A DNA stretch of 60,554 nt, the filler included, from Basidioascus undulatus (taxonomy: Eukaryota): the NCBI GenBank assembly GCA_000826855.1. It is 10 parts of 10 records of this genome, joined end to end, with 100 filler letters (N's around TTAATTAATTAA, not from the genome) between each part and the next. Parts side by side here need not be neighbours in the genome. Positions count along the whole stretch, not along the records: positions 24,305 to 30,274 come from JTLS01001834.1; positions 30,375 to 36,343 come from JTLS01001835.1; positions 36,444 to 42,384 come from JTLS01001836.1; 7 more parts are not named here. One strand, 5' to 3'. The position numbers were made by a program, and so were the translations under genes. Shown here in pieces: positions 25,073 through 38,124 of the stretch. Numbering within the stretch: the stretch's first letter is position 1; the number at the start of each line of letters is the position of its first letter. The notes under the pieces were generated by a model that worked only from the letters and a program-made list of their open reading frames with translations, searched no databases and had not been told where the DNA came from.

Positions 25073-26384
25073 CTACTCGTCCTGCTCGTCCTGCTCGCCC
25101 TCCTCGATGTACTCCAGATAGTCCAAGTGGCCCTTCTGAACCCAGATCCCCGTTCTCGTCGCGAGCTCCGTTCCAGACTGCCGGCATTTACGTCTCGGGT
25201 CTAAATCTCCCCACGCTTCGAAAATCAAATGGTACAAACCTAAGCCCCGTGCTCATGTAGGAGCTCCTGGCAGGCGGCGACGAGGAAGCTTTGGCGGTCG
25301 GTTGGCGAAAGAGCTTCAGGAACGTGCAAAGGGAAGCTGAGCATAAGACCCTCGACTTCTTTAAGCTTATGCAGCAGGAGGTGAGGCTTCTATCGAAGAG
25401 GAACAAGGGGTCAGTGACCCAATAAAGCATTAGAGAACGCACGAGAAAAAGAGAAAGAATACCAACCACAGCCGCCTGGTCGGGAACCCCGTCAATATCG
25501 AGTCCGAGTTCCAAAGAACGCAGTCCCGGATGATCGCATGAGGCGTTCCAGTTCACTGTACCGGAAGCGTAGGTCCAGAACGCTGAAAAACCAGAACGCC
25601 GAAAAATTCAAGGATCGAGCGCGTCGGGCGCCTTAGGTCTTCCTATAACCAGCCCACGATTACCGCGGGATCCCACGCTTCCGGCGTGCGCCAGAAGAGC
25701 GTGAACGAACGGATGCTTGCCTGCTGGAGGGGAGATTGAAACGGAACAACCCGATCGACGGTCAAGTCCGTTAATTCGGAAACGCCGCACCGAGCGAATG
25801 GATGGAGTCGGTGCGAGCGTCAGGACCGGCGTCACCAATGGTGAGCGTTCGGATGTTGTTCGAGTTCCCGAGAAGGAGTAGACACTCGTATGAACCGGAG
25901 AGACTCCCTTGAAGACCGAGGTTGGAAAGGTCAGATAGACTGCTGGCCGAGAGTAGCGTTGAGGGGGAGATTTGGTCTCCGAGAAGGGTGCGTGATAGCA
26001 GCTTCGGCATGTGCTGTAACAGCGCCGCAACGAGCTTTTCGGCCTCTCCGGGGGTTTACAAGCCCCTCAAGTCCAGATGGAGTTGCCTGCAGGAACCGCA
26101 AGTAAGTAAGCTGACGTCCGCCACCGTTAACCCGCAATCCCTTGCACTCACGTTACGGTATCTGAAAGCCTGCCATCCTGGATCAAAGACATCGGGTCCT
26201 CGCAGGCGGGCAACACCGTGACACGAAAGAACAGTTGGGGGAAAGTCAGATCCCGTATTCGGCTCGAGGTGCCCGAGAGGGCAAACAGGTCGTCGCGCTC
26301 AAGATTCTGCGCGATCTCCAGGATGGTCTCCGTCGGCAGAAGGTCGAGAAAGGCGGTAGTCGAGCTGGAGGCTATGATCTTCAA
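25073..26384 (-). pseudogene. F-box/LRR-like gene, apparently disrupted
   Basis: FLDLLPTETILEIAQNLERDDLFALSGTSSRIRDLTFPQLF (F-box); LRR-like pieces (NIRTLTIG, LRSLELGL) in shifting frames; acidic tail YIEEGEQDEQDE*. Confidence 0.65.
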
Positions 26385-26923
26385 AGGAAAATAATAAGGT
26401 AGTGTTTCTGAGGTATGAGGATAGGAGTGCGAGTGGGGGAAATTGTAAGGGGACGAAGATGAGGGTAGAAAGGAAGGGAGAGCATGGCGGGGTTCTTTCG
26501 TTTTGGATGTGGGTTGTTGTTTGCACGCCGCCGGTGTTTCACTGGTTCCGCGCGCCTAGCCACCTTTGCCTTGCGGTCTCCAATAGAGCAGTTCCACTGA
26601 ATGCCTTGCAGTGATGCGTCGTGAGCAAGTGTGTCCCCGTACACGCTCGAAGTGACAGCTCACTCAGAGCTTGGCAATGGGCACATGGTAGCTCACCGAT
26701 ACGGACGCATAGTGCTCTCTGTCAAATCGATGCGCTATTATGGGTTTTTGTCTAACAAATCAACACATTTGATTGACTTTGAGCAACGTTGCACTTGCAC
26801 GACACAACACGGCATGCAGTTGAAAAGGTTTGCCGGTCTGATAGTCGACGTCATCTCGCAGCAAAATAAATCAGATCGAATTGCTATTAGATGGTTAAGA
26901 ACATGGTATTTCTAGTCCCATAT

Positions 26924-28050
26924 CTACATCCAAAGGGTCTTTCGCAAAGCTTCACAAGCATCCGCAGCCAGCTCCCTCCCTCGGTCAAGGGCGTCCATGC
27001 TGCATACCGCATACGGCACTCCGGGGTACCTGCTTTCCACTGTAAGCTTTCCTCAAAAACAACTACAGAGTAGAGCACGATGGCGCACCTTTTCAGCACC
27101 ACGGCCACCCCACCCTCTCGCAGTCTCTTTGCGTACACCTCCCCCTCATCCCGCAACACGTCCAGCTCCGCCATCGCGACGAACGCACCCCGAGGAGTCT
27201 TCCACCCTTCCCACCTTGCCCAAAGGCGCATATAGGCTCGCGCGCCACGCCTCGCGATCGGCTTCGCGAGGAAGATACGCTTGCCGGAACCACAGCATCT
27301 TGGCTGTTGGGAGACCGGCAAAATGCGCGTTCTCGCTCTACGAGCTGTACCGAGATGGATCAGCAAGGTTGTCGACGGTTGGGATGACGAGGAGTTGGAA
27401 GAGCGGCACCGGGAGGCTTGAGGGATCGAATGCGTAAGGACGGCTGCGAGCTGCGCGACCGCGAAGGAGGTCAACGGCTTCATGAGATATGCAAGCGGAT
27501 TTCAAGCTGGTCGACTTACATTCCCTCCGCAGGGACATTCCCCCAGAGCAACTTGGTCAGGGTTAACCGAAAGCTCTGTTATACCCCTTATATGCAGCTG
27601 GAAGAAACGAGGGCGCAGTCAGCAGATGGCGGTGACGCAGCACCAGGCGAAAGCTTTCTCTGCGTCCTCGATGGCAGCAGGAAACGGGTTCTCAGACGCT
27701 AGACGCAAGTCAACCGAGACGACTACACAGTTCGCGCGGACAGCGAGGTTCGCTGCGAGGGCGGTGTTCGTATCGAGGTTCCCGAGCACCCTAAGGGGTT
27801 GAAAGGCAACTTGTGAGCTATGAATCTCTTGGGTAGAGCTTCGAGCAACATACCATCAGCCTCCATAAGAAGGGCAACGCCGGCCATCCGCCCTGTGGCG
27901 CAGGTCCGTGAGGCGTCCTGCACCGCAGCCCGCACGTCCACCCGCATCTCGTCTCTCGCAAGGACGTCGCGCTGCCCGCACGGATGGGCAGGCGCTCTCG
28001 ATGTCCATGCCCGGCAGTCACGCTTAGGCGGCAGTCTTTGACGGAGACTG
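26924..28050 (-). pseudogene. Hormone-sensitive-lipase family esterase (abhydrolase_3), decayed
   Basis: GGWPALPF, VLGNLDT...CVVVSVDLRLASENPFPAAIEDA, degraded GxSxGGN, FQLLVIPTVDN, in-frame TAG near 27338, AELDVLRDEGEVYAKRL, YPGVP; 5' boundary approximate. Confidence 0.8.
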
Positions 28051-28879
28051 TACAAGTAAAGTAAAACTGTGCACAGTTTTTGGAACACTGCCCACGAAGG
28101 AGCGGTTGCCTTGATATCGAAGCCCGGTGCGCTGTCGCATGGAAGGCCGGCGACAGCGGTAAAGGCATGTCCATGCCCAATCCCAGTCTCGAAGGAGACT
28201 AGTACATATGAGTGACTTTTTAACCGCTTGCTTTGACTTTCCGATCTGAAAGACAGAGATTGAGGGGAGTCGGTGAGATGCTCATGGTCGAAGGTGAGCC
28301 TCAATGGTGAAAGCCAGTCTCATAGAGCGAGTCCTGGGGAGTATGGATCTTTCGGGAGGCTTTTGGAAATGTCAATTCTCGGTTTTAAGCAATTCTAGGT
28401 GTCACACTGATGGAGAATATGAAGATAATGCTCTGCTTGTTTGCCCCTCGCAGTGTGAGTGAGCCAGCCCTGAAGCGAAGACGGTGAAGCCTCACCTTGT
28501 CCTATCTCAACACTGCCACTTTCACTTTCTCAACATACATTCTTTCAACCATTCTCGTGTATCTTCAAACAAATACTTCCACCGATCGGCCGTCTCCTGA
28601 TTTTTATTGCGCAGCGCCGGCGATTGCCATGGCACGGCAATCGGCGGCAATGGCGTATCTCGTCTCACTAAACGACGGCCCGCGTTCCTCGTTGATGAAT
28701 TCCGCCGTCCTCACGACTTTCATGTGCCAGCCTTGCCAGGCACCCACAATCGAGTAATATTCACCCCCTTCGAGGCTCTCTCGCTCGGCCCTCGCCCTGC
28801 TCACCTTGCCCTCCTGCCATCGACTCATTCGCCTCTGCGAGCTGACCATCGCCATCGCTGAGCTCGTATATTTCGGTCG

Positions 28880-30274
28880 ATGAGCTCGCAAGCTCTACAC
28901 AGTGCTGTTCTCGCTGGTGAGGCTGAGCGCGTTGCTGAGCTCTCGCGCAACGGCGGCGCGGTCAACGCGCTCGATGGGCAGGGGCGGAACGTGGTGGTCT
29001 GTGCCATCCTTGGCGAGGACACGCTTGCGTACGTCCTTCCATCAATAATATCGCATTTATTGGATGCTTAAATTTTACCCAAGCACACAGCCTCGCCGCT
29101 TCGACATTACCCATCCTCTCAGCGCCTCATCCCGTGCACGAGGGCATCCTCACCTTGCTTCTCGCCTTGCCGGCGCCGAACGCGCTCAGCGTCTACACTC
29201 TCAACGCGCCTTGCGCATGTGTTCGGGGAGTCAGTGCGTCAGAAATGGGTAGCTATTCCGCAGGCGGTCTGACACTGGAGGCGGCGGTGCAGCGCCGTTG
29301 AGCTTGGCGGCCTGGCTCGGCAAGACGCAGGTCGTGGAGAAGCTGGTCAAGTGCGGACGGGTGCTGGTGGATGGACGGGACAGGAACGGGGCGACAGCGC
29401 TCATGTGTGCGTTTCGCTTCTGTCCAAGGCCGCTGAAATCCACCATGTGAAGCTCAAGCCGCTGCGCAGACGCTGCTCGGGATGACCACCTCGACATCGT
29501 CTCTCTTCTGGTCCGCATTGCTGCTCTTCTCATATGAAAGCCGGCTGTTTTCTGACCTCTCCCATCCTGCAGCTGGCACATGGCGCCGACCCGTCCCTCA
29601 CCGACGCGAATGGCTTCTCGTCCGTGCAGTACGCCCTTCCACACCGCCGAGTAGTTTTCGCTCTCGAGACCGCTCTGCGATCCCACAGGGTTAGTCTCAA
29701 TCGGTTCTGAATCACAGACTCAAACTGACATCGTTTGACCTGCAGCACCCATCCCCTCCCGCGCCTGGCCCATCCAACATCGTCTCGCTCCACTCCTCCC
29801 TCCTCTCGCTCCGCGCGCCCCACATCCCCGCCGAGCCTCCAGAGCTCATCAACGAGCGGGACGAGCAAGGCCTAACGCCGTTCCACCGCGCAGTCCGCAC
29901 CGAGGGCGTCTCCCTCTCCGCGCTCGACACGCTCTTCCGCTCCGGTGCAGACGTCAACGTCCTCTCCCGCTTCGGCCGGAGCGCGCTGCACCTCCTCGCG
30001 CTCGCGTCCAACTCGCCCGTAGGGCTCAAGCGCCTGTCCGCTCCCCCTGAACGCCCGCCGCCGCGCAGCCCGCCGCCGAGCCCAGGCGGGCCGCAGTCGC
30101 TGCGCGGCTTCCTCCGCGTCTCGGACGCGGGGAACCCGTGGCCCGTTATCGTCAACGGGGCGTCGGCGCACACGAGCCTCACGTCCAACACGTCCTCCTC
30201 CCTCCTCGTCCCGACCTCTCCCGCGCTCCGATCGAACACGCTCATCCCCCCGCCCTCTGCGCGTCCCTCATCCT
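28880..30274 (+). CDS. Ankyrin-repeat protein; 3' partial
   Basis: ALHSAVLAG..VNALDGQGRN, PLSLAAWLG, DGRDRNGATALM, AARDDHLDIV..LLAHGADPSLTD, GLTPFHRAV, GADVNVLSRFGRSALH. Confidence 0.88.
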
Positions 30275-30374
30275 NNNNNNNNNNNNNNNNNNNNNNNNNN
30301 NNNNNNNNNNNNNNNNNNTTAATTAATTAANNNNNNNNNNNNNNNNNNNNNNNNNNNNNNNNNNNNNNNNNNNN
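30275..30374. other. Artificial contig spacer
   Basis: N44-TTAATTAATTAA-N44. Confidence 0.99.
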
Positions 30375-30414
30375 GGTGGGGAGGGAAGGGGAGATGGGGG
30401 GAGAGAAGACGCAC

Positions 30415-30895
30415 TACCCGATATGCGCCCCATGCGCATTCATGATCGCGTACCGATTTGCCTGCTCAAACCCCATAAAGACGTTCATCTGCCCTCCCCA
30501 ATCTCCTCACCATCTCAGCATCCCCCCTCTCTCTCTCCATTACTCTTCAGACGCACCATCTCCAACTGCCGCACCATAACGAGCGCCGAGTTCCCCAGCA
30601 GCTCCGCCGCCTTGTCCCCGTACCGCAGCACGCCATCGGGGTCATGCGGCACACGCACGGGCACGTCTGCGTCTACGTCGGACAGCGGGGGGTAGAGGAC
30701 GTCGGCGTCGTCTGCGCCCAGACGTGGGGAAGGGCGAGCGGTGGGGGACACTGGGGACCATGGGAGGCGGGAGGCGCGCGAGCCTGGGCCGCGGGGGAGG
30801 CGCGAGTAGGCGTACGTCCTGGTGCTCAGGAGGGAGGAGGTGGGGGGAAGCAGGGAGGGCGCCCCGCGAGAGAGGGCGCGAGGGAGGAACGACAT
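30415..30895 (-). CDS. AIM25: Mitochondrial phospholipid scramblase-family protein (Aim25-like), 5' part
   Basis: Presequence-like N-terminus, then LLGNSALVMVRQLEM-MNVFMGFEQANRYAIMNAHGAHIG. Confidence 0.88.
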
Positions 30896-31184
30896 GGGCG
30901 GAGAACGCCCCGACGGGGTGAGTTGGAGATTCGAGGGTTAGTTGCGATTGAAACGAGATGTAGATTTGACAGTAGTTGCTTGTGACTGATCGTAGACTGA
31001 TCGAGATGGCAAGCGGTTAGCGGAGGAGGTCGAGAGTGTCAAGAGGAGAAAGAGGAAGACGCGTCGAGATGACGTCGCCTTCTCCTGGCGACGCGGCCCT
31101 CGGCAGCAAAGCTTTACAAAAGTTGTTTCCTTTCCTCCCAATCTCAACGTCGACACTCAGCAACACGGAAGTCGGTATGCGATA

Positions 31185-32183
31185 GAATGAGGTTTACTGC
31201 TTCGACGTGCCCACATTCATCCACGACTCGGCCGGCCGGCGTATCTACAAGGCAAACCTCGGCGAGCTGCAGCACGTCCTACCGAGGCTCTGGCGAGGAC
31301 GTAGAGGAGATCGTAAATTACTTGAAGCAGAAGGACATACTGAAGGACGTGGACCGTAAGGTGCGGGAAGGGGAAGATGAAGGTGCGCTTGCCCGTCTTC
31401 TTCCGGTGCAAATCATACGGAAATCCTGCGTTCGACTAACATCCCAAGCAGAAGACCTCAACGAAGACCTCAACCTCGACGAATGGGCGCCGATCGGGGA
31501 CGAGTGGTGGCCGGACGAGATGAAGGCGGCTCTTCCTCGGCTGCTCGTCCTCCTCTCCGGCTCGCGCCTCGCGGCCTTCAAAGCGTCGCCGTCGCTCGAG
31601 CTCTACAAATCCCTCGCCGCAGAGTCCCGCAACCTGCGACCAGCTATCCTCGATGCCGTTCGCAAGCGGCTCTTCGCGCAGACGAATAGCCAACGCGGCA
31701 AGGTCGGAGGCGAATGCGCGAGGGCGCAGCGATCTTCGTCGAGGCGGGGTCGAACGACGACCTCGTCCCGCCTGCTCGACAGCCTCGATCGCATGTACTC
31801 GCCTCATTCCAAACCTTCGGCCAGAGCAGCGATGCTGCTCGCCGTCTCGTACCTCGGCATGCAGTCTGCCGAGCTCCGCGCGGCGCACTCCGGATCATCA
31901 AGGAGGGGATCGATAACGCTCGAGGCTCGCTCAGTGGGAGCTCCAGCGCGCGTTCCCTGAGGAGGAGGCGGACATCTACCTCGACGAGATGCTCGCGGTC
32001 GAGAAGCTTACGGCGCACGCGACGCCCGGCATGTCGTGGCAGCAGCGCGACAAGCGCGACGAGATGCTGGAGGAGTACGCGAGCATCGCATGGGGCCAGC
32101 GCTCGGGCGGGGGGTCGTGGATGTCTGGGGCAGGGGCGACGGGTACGAGTCGGATCCCCTTTCGGGCTGAACGAGGACGATAG
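31185..32183 (+). pseudogene. Unknown helical protein, multiply frameshifted
   Basis: Coding-like segments switch frame: NEVYCFDVPTFIHDSAGRRIYKANL / EEIVNYLKQKDIL / EWWPDEMKAALPRLL / IIKEGIDNAR / DIYLDEMLAVEKL; one GTGCG intron. Confidence 0.5.
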
Positions 32184-33614
32184 AGATTATGAGGAGCAGG
32201 GAGAGGGGGGTGGAGCAACAACGCACCGCCTTGAGAAACAGCACGTCCAGCGCTGCGCGTGCCTGTTCTACTCAGACTTGACCATGGCCTCCGCGCCCTG
32301 CTTGTGCGAGAGCGTCTGCGGCGCAGATATCGCGGGCGCTATCCGGAGCTGGATGGGCGTGTTGAAGAAGTGGCCGGACCAGGCGTAGGCGCGCAGCGTG
32401 CGCGAGGGTGTCGTCGGGCCCTATCTTATTGTTGAGGGCGTTTCGGAAGAGCTGGCGAGAAGGTGCGTGAGGACATGTTCGGGATGGTTGAAAGTTTGGA
32501 GGCTGGATATCGTGGAGCCTGATGCTGACGTGGCGGCGTTTCATGGACAGGTGTGACTGGGATTACGAGCATGGCAACGCGAAGGTGCACGTTGAAGATG
32601 GCTTGAGGGCATGGTACTCTTGAGTTATTGCTTTGCTTCAGTTTACTTGAAACATTGCACTGCTTTGCAAGCTTCGTTGTACACTTGCTGTACCAAGTCA
32701 GGCTGGTCGTTAAGCGGCAGAGGCAGCGTCCCACTGACTTAAATCTGCCTGTTATTAAGCTTCCTAATCCATTGAAGGGCTACTATCAGAATATGCCTTG
32801 AATACTAGATATGGGATGTCTGTTCATTCGCTCCAAGCTGCTTTGCCTTGCCTGCTGCGCGCAAACACGACAGGACGCAGCCTAGGTTTTCCGCCATTTG
32901 AAACGCTGCTTGAGAACATGTTGTGATAGGCCCTCTGGTTCTTTTATGAATCGGTGTATAAAACCTGCATTACGCTCAAGTGAGGTTTCTAGCCATATCT
33001 GAGCTGAGAACGAGCTCGACAGCTTGCTCTAGGTAGTTCGCTGTGCACGATGATCCAGCCGCGTAATGATGTGGCAGTAGTGGACACTGAGGATCTGCGC
33101 TTAAATTTTCAGAAGCCTTGTGGACGCCTTTGTAACGGCCCTGCTCCGGAGCACGAGGCAGGGGATTCTTCGGGCTTCCTCGAGGCCAACGCTACCCTCT
33201 ATGCATTATCTACCGTTTGCGGACACCCTACCTCGCAACTGCAGCCAGCAGCATGATCATGTTTTCACCCTTCATTAATTTTTGTGTGTCCAGTAACACC
33301 TTCATTCCCGACTGTCCACTCCACAACAACAGCAAGAGTCGAGGCCCGTGGGAGGCACCAGCCGACAGCTTGTGTAGGAAAACCAATCTACTGTACCCGT
33401 CGAATTCCTTTTGATGTGTTCAACATGCTTGAATGTGCTGAGTTGCAAAACCCTGCCGGGGCTATGCCGGGCCGTGACCTCTCTAACCCGGGCGCACAAC
33501 TCTCCCTCTTGCCGCCACCATTACAGCCCACGCGCCCCGCACGACATCCACAGTGAGAGCATCCAACGCAACAGCCAGCGGCATCACTGGCTACCCTATT
33601 AGCATAAACAGGAA

Positions 33615-34586
33615 ATGCTTCCTCTTCTCTCCCTCTCAAGATCGTCGGCCACATCGTCGACCTCCTCGCAGAGCCGTCATACCCGCACTCCTTCGTGCAT
33701 TCGACCGAAGTCATTAATGCTCTCACGACGCTCACGCTCGTCTCCAAGTCCTTTTACGACATCGCAGCTCGGTATCTGTACAAGGTCATCTCTGTCCACA
33801 CGGAACTTACGCTTCCGGCTCTCGACCCCTCACTGGAAGGCTTCGAGGCCAAGGCTGGCAGCGATTCTACTGCTCACGAGTGCATTCGTGTGAGGTCCTT
33901 GGCCTTGTACAGCTCTTATCGACTCATCGGGTCTGCTGCGCTCCTACAATTGATCCGGTCCTCGGGTACGATTGCGTCCGCGGACCTCTCCGGCGCCTTC
34001 TCCTCAGCTGCGACGCTCTCGCTCTTCTCGATGGTATAGCCCAGGATCATTTTAAAGGCGCTCTGCAGAAACTAGATCTGGAGGAGCTCGCATGCGGCGA
34101 ACGCGTTGACGTCTCTGTTTTCCTACCTTCGCTCACCGACGGGTCATCGGCAGCTACACTTTGCTGGCTGTGCATTGCGATGCCTGTTCACTGGACCTTA
34201 ATCGACTTGAAACTTTCAATAAGCTGACTTCCCTCAATCAGCTTGCACTGGCTCTTCCCGTGTGGAATATGGAGGACTCCGAGGTCAAACTCTTCCGCCA
34301 CCTACCCGCCCTGCGGCGCGCTGTCGTTTTCTGTGTCCAACAGGCGAAGCTGCTAGTTCGACTGAGAGAGTTGTGTCACGATGTCAATGCGAGGACCCTG
34401 ACGGTCTCGATCTGCTCTGATCCACACGGCACTATCGACAGCTGGGGCCGCCTTCGAAACTGGGACCTTCAACGAGTGACAGACGGCACGCTTTGGGATC
34501 CGGCGCGGTTCCAGTCAAAATGTCAGGGGGGGGGGGTCTACAGGGGTCTACAGATGGTTACTTTTGGCCAAAGGGACGGAGTGTGA
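33615..34586 (+). pseudogene. F-box-like/LRR protein with C-terminal DGTLW motif, frameshifted
   Basis: LPLKIVGHIVDLLA...LTTLTLVSKSFYDIAARYLY; LQKLDL, LTSLNQLAL, LPALRRAVV; RVTDGTLW. Confidence 0.7.
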
Positions 34587-36277
34587 AGGGGGAATGGCAG
34601 CGTCGCATTGTGGGAGAAGAATTCGGGAAAGCAGGCGTCGCCAGCTTCGCAGTACCGAGCAGCCTTGTGCGTATTTGAGAATACCATATACACCAATTCG
34701 TTTGATAACACTCATTGACCGTCGATGGCTATACCGAATGAGAAGCGACCCTTCGCTGCCCCGCGCTGCATCAACTCGAGCTGGCTCAAGGCTGGACAAA
34801 CCGGTGTGCCGCCCTGGATGCTTGTGTGTCACTACAAAAACCGTCAGCAAAATAGTCACCTTATCTTACTGATCCTTCCCGTCATCAAGGACGACCCAGC
34901 GCTAAGCATCAGGCCTTCCGACGTGTATTGACTGACGAACTGGTCTGTATGTAGAAATACGTCTTAGGGTCACAGACCACAGTGCGGGGGGTTGAGAATA
35001 TGACATTTGCACTACGACCGCCTGCAGTGCTCACTCGCGTCGTCCGAGTAATAGGCAATCTGTCATCTGCCCTCCCTTGCAGGACCTTCGAATGAAGCTC
35101 TCAAGCAGCGGAAGAACCGAGCGATGCCAAGCTCTTCATACAGCAAGGATAATGTCTGAATGTGGTCCTGTAGGCGCGAAGGAGTCCACGATCTTCCGCG
35201 ATTTGGCTGCTGCACTGCGTTTGATTGGAGCGCAAGAGGCCTGAGCGGCGGGAGGAGGCGTTGAGGACCGGTTATCTGTTGCTTAGAGGCGCTGCTGGGT
35301 TTCATTGAATATGATCTTTCTCATTTACCAGCGGGAGAGTCTCAGGTATTATGCCTGACCCTGTTGTGTAAAGGAGGTGAAGGGGCGGGACAGCTGGAGA
35401 GGCGCCATCTTGGGTTGAATGGGGCAGGAAAGCCGGATGATTCTCATGAGCCACATCTTCAGTCGCACTGGGAGGCAATTTCATTGAAATTTTTATCCTT
35501 TCTAGTTTTGAGTATGGGTGCGAATCGCATGGTTGTGATGCTAATCGACTCTGTAATGTCGCAATTGACGCTGAGCTGTTGCGCTGCGTTGTTTACGCTG
35601 CTGGACGGGTGTAGGCTGCGTCTGGAGAATAACTGCCTAAAGCATGATACGATTATGAGCTTTCAGACCTTTCTGCATTGTGATGTACTGAATCTGTATT
35701 GTGCCCAGTATGGGGGTACGGGCTCAGAAACTTGAACAGTGTCCACAGCACATTCTCCCCATTTTCAACCTGATCGTGCCTGCCGATTAAATGGGTATCC
35801 CAGACGATTACATGACCCATAGGTTCTCCAATCAGATACGTCTGCGGTATCACGCAGGTCCACACGCATGGACTGCCGGACATGCACCCTGCTGCGCAGC
35901 ATTGCCCAACACTTCGAGCACAATCATTCACCAGCCTGGCCTATTGCGACCAAACGCGAGCTTCTCGTGGGTGGAAAACAAGTCTAAAATATGGTAGACA
36001 CCCTTCTCTGTATGGGTATGCGAACTCGAAGGTCGGGCAGGCGAGAGTCTGGTGAGCATAAGCAGGCTTGTGCAGCCTGCAACAGAGCATGTGGCTATTC
36101 CGACAATCTCCGAAGTGTGGAAAAGACGCATTAACCGGAGGAAGGATATTGACTCGCCAAGGGCTTTCTTTGACGGCGACAGACCGATTCCAAAAGTCCT
36201 TGGGAGCGTATGGGGGGTTGAGGCTATCGACTGTGGTGCTGGAGCATTTGGTTATGTCGCTGGGTCCCAACGTTATG

Positions 36278-36343
36278 TCTTTGGTGGCGCAATTGGTTAG
36301 CGCGTCCGACTGTTAATCGGGAGGTTGTGAGTTCAAGTCTCAC
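36278..36343 (+). tRNA. tRNA-Asn(GTT), 3' acceptor strand cut by contig end
   Basis: TCTTTGG TG GCGC AATTGGTTA GCGC G TCCGA CT GTT AA TCGGG AGGTT GTGAG TTCAAGT CTCAC. Confidence 0.92.
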
Positions 36344-36443
36344 NNNNNNNNNNNNNNNNNNNNNNNNNNNNNNNNNNNNNNNNNNNNTTAATTAATTAAN
36401 NNNNNNNNNNNNNNNNNNNNNNNNNNNNNNNNNNNNNNNNNNN
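36344..36443. other. Artificial contig spacer
   Basis: N44-TTAATTAATTAA-N44. Confidence 0.99.
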
Positions 36444-36578
36444 ACCCATTCGCATCGTTGCCACTCTCTCTATTGGCTTTCACCGCTGCATGGCTTTTCA
36501 ATCCGTCGTCTATTTGCCTTTCTCCCTTATGCAGCCTGTCTAATTACTCCCCCTTTCCCTTTTTTTGCACCCGCACAG

Positions 36579-37448
36579 GCTCTGCTGCGAGCACGACAAC
36601 GTAAAGCCCGACATCGTCGTCCTCGGCAAGGCCCTCTCGGGCGGCGGTGCGTTTCTTCCTCCCTCCTTTTCCACCCGCCTTCCTCCCTTTACACCCCCTC
36701 GGCCACCCACCCAAAGTCTACCCCGTCTCCGCCGTTCTCTCCTCCAAAGAAATAATGCTCACCATCGAGCCGGGTTCGCACGGCTCCACGTACGGTGGAA
36801 ACCCTCTCGGCGTGCGTCCTCCTTCTCCCTCTCCCTTCCTCCCCCCTCCTCCTCCCCCTTCTTCCTTCCTCCCACTCACTCACCTCCCACACACCGACAG
36901 TGCGCAGTCTCCATCGCCGCCCTGCGCGTCCTGCTCGACGAGGACCTCTCCTCCCGCGCGGCGACGCTCGGCGAGCGCTTCCGAGCGCGCGTGCGCGCCA
37001 TTCAGTCCCCCCTCATCAAAGAGGTCCGTGGGAAGGGCCTGCTGAATGCCGTGGAGATTGATGAGAGCCAGAGCAAGAGGGGGCGGACGGCGTGGGATCT
37101 GTGCTTGGTGCTGAAGAGCAAGGGGGTCCTGGCGAAGCCGACGCATCAGAATATGTGCGTGTTCCTCCTTCCTCTCTCCCACTTCTCTTCCCCCTTTTCC
37201 CACCTCCCCTCTCTTTCCCTTTTCCGTTTGCTTCCGTTCTCCTACCTCCGCCACCCTCGGCTTGGTACTGACCCCGCACCCCGACACACAGTATCCGCTT
37301 CGCCCCCCCGCTCGTCATTACCGACGCGCAGCTGGACGAGGGCATCGCGGCGATCGAGGCGGCCCTCGCGGACCTCGACAGGGTCGAGTCCATCCCGGGC
37401 AAGGAGCTCGAGGAGGACACGAAGCTGCCGTCGTGCTCGGAGGAATAG
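36579..37448 (+). CDS. CAR2: Ornithine aminotransferase, 3' part
   Basis: [67 protein letters not shown]. Confidence 0.95.
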
Positions 37449-38124
37449 GGTGCAACATCGGAGCGGGGGGACCCGGTAGGGGGGCGGTTTGGGGGGGGAA
37501 GGAGGGCTGTTCTGACATCATGAGAGAGGAGACAGGAGGAGAGAGGGACAGCACTTTTGAGTTGGGAAGCTTGATGATGATGATAGTCTTAAAAAGATGC
37601 AGAGGTCGTTGGTATCTTTTCGGCGAGTTCTGGGCATCGTGTCGGGTACGCTGGTGGCTTGCGCATATTCCCTTCACTGACCAAAAGTGTCTGTGTTTTC
37701 TTATTCCTACTTTCGTTTGGCCACCTCTGCACACGCGCGTGTCGCGTACAGCAGCCGGGACTGTGCAGTCGATGCCAGCAGCGCGAAAGGGCCAGGCAAG
37801 CATGTCGGCCAACGGCGAACACTTCAGGGGATGAGATTGCACACGTTCTCTGTTACGGTTGAAGGCCTACGCCAGCTTCCTGAATAACCGCCGTCAGTTC
37901 TTCCAACGACTCCATCCAGCGCATTAATTTAATAACTCATCTTGCAATTGCGATTCGTGAACACGTGTGATCTGCCCGCAGCGCGCTTCCCGAGTGCTCT
38001 CGGCGTGATCCGAGCGACAAGTCGCCCATTCCCGCCATCCCCATCGTTCCCCTCGTCCTGCATCGGGCGCCGGTCCACCAATACAGAACACACGTTCAAT
38101 TCAGAAGCTGGAGCTCTTTGAAAC

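Noticed and set aside
27336..27342. In-frame TAG in the esterase as recoding or an alternative genetic code
   Set aside because: The gene has other lesions, and TAG terminates intact genes here (e.g. CAR2)
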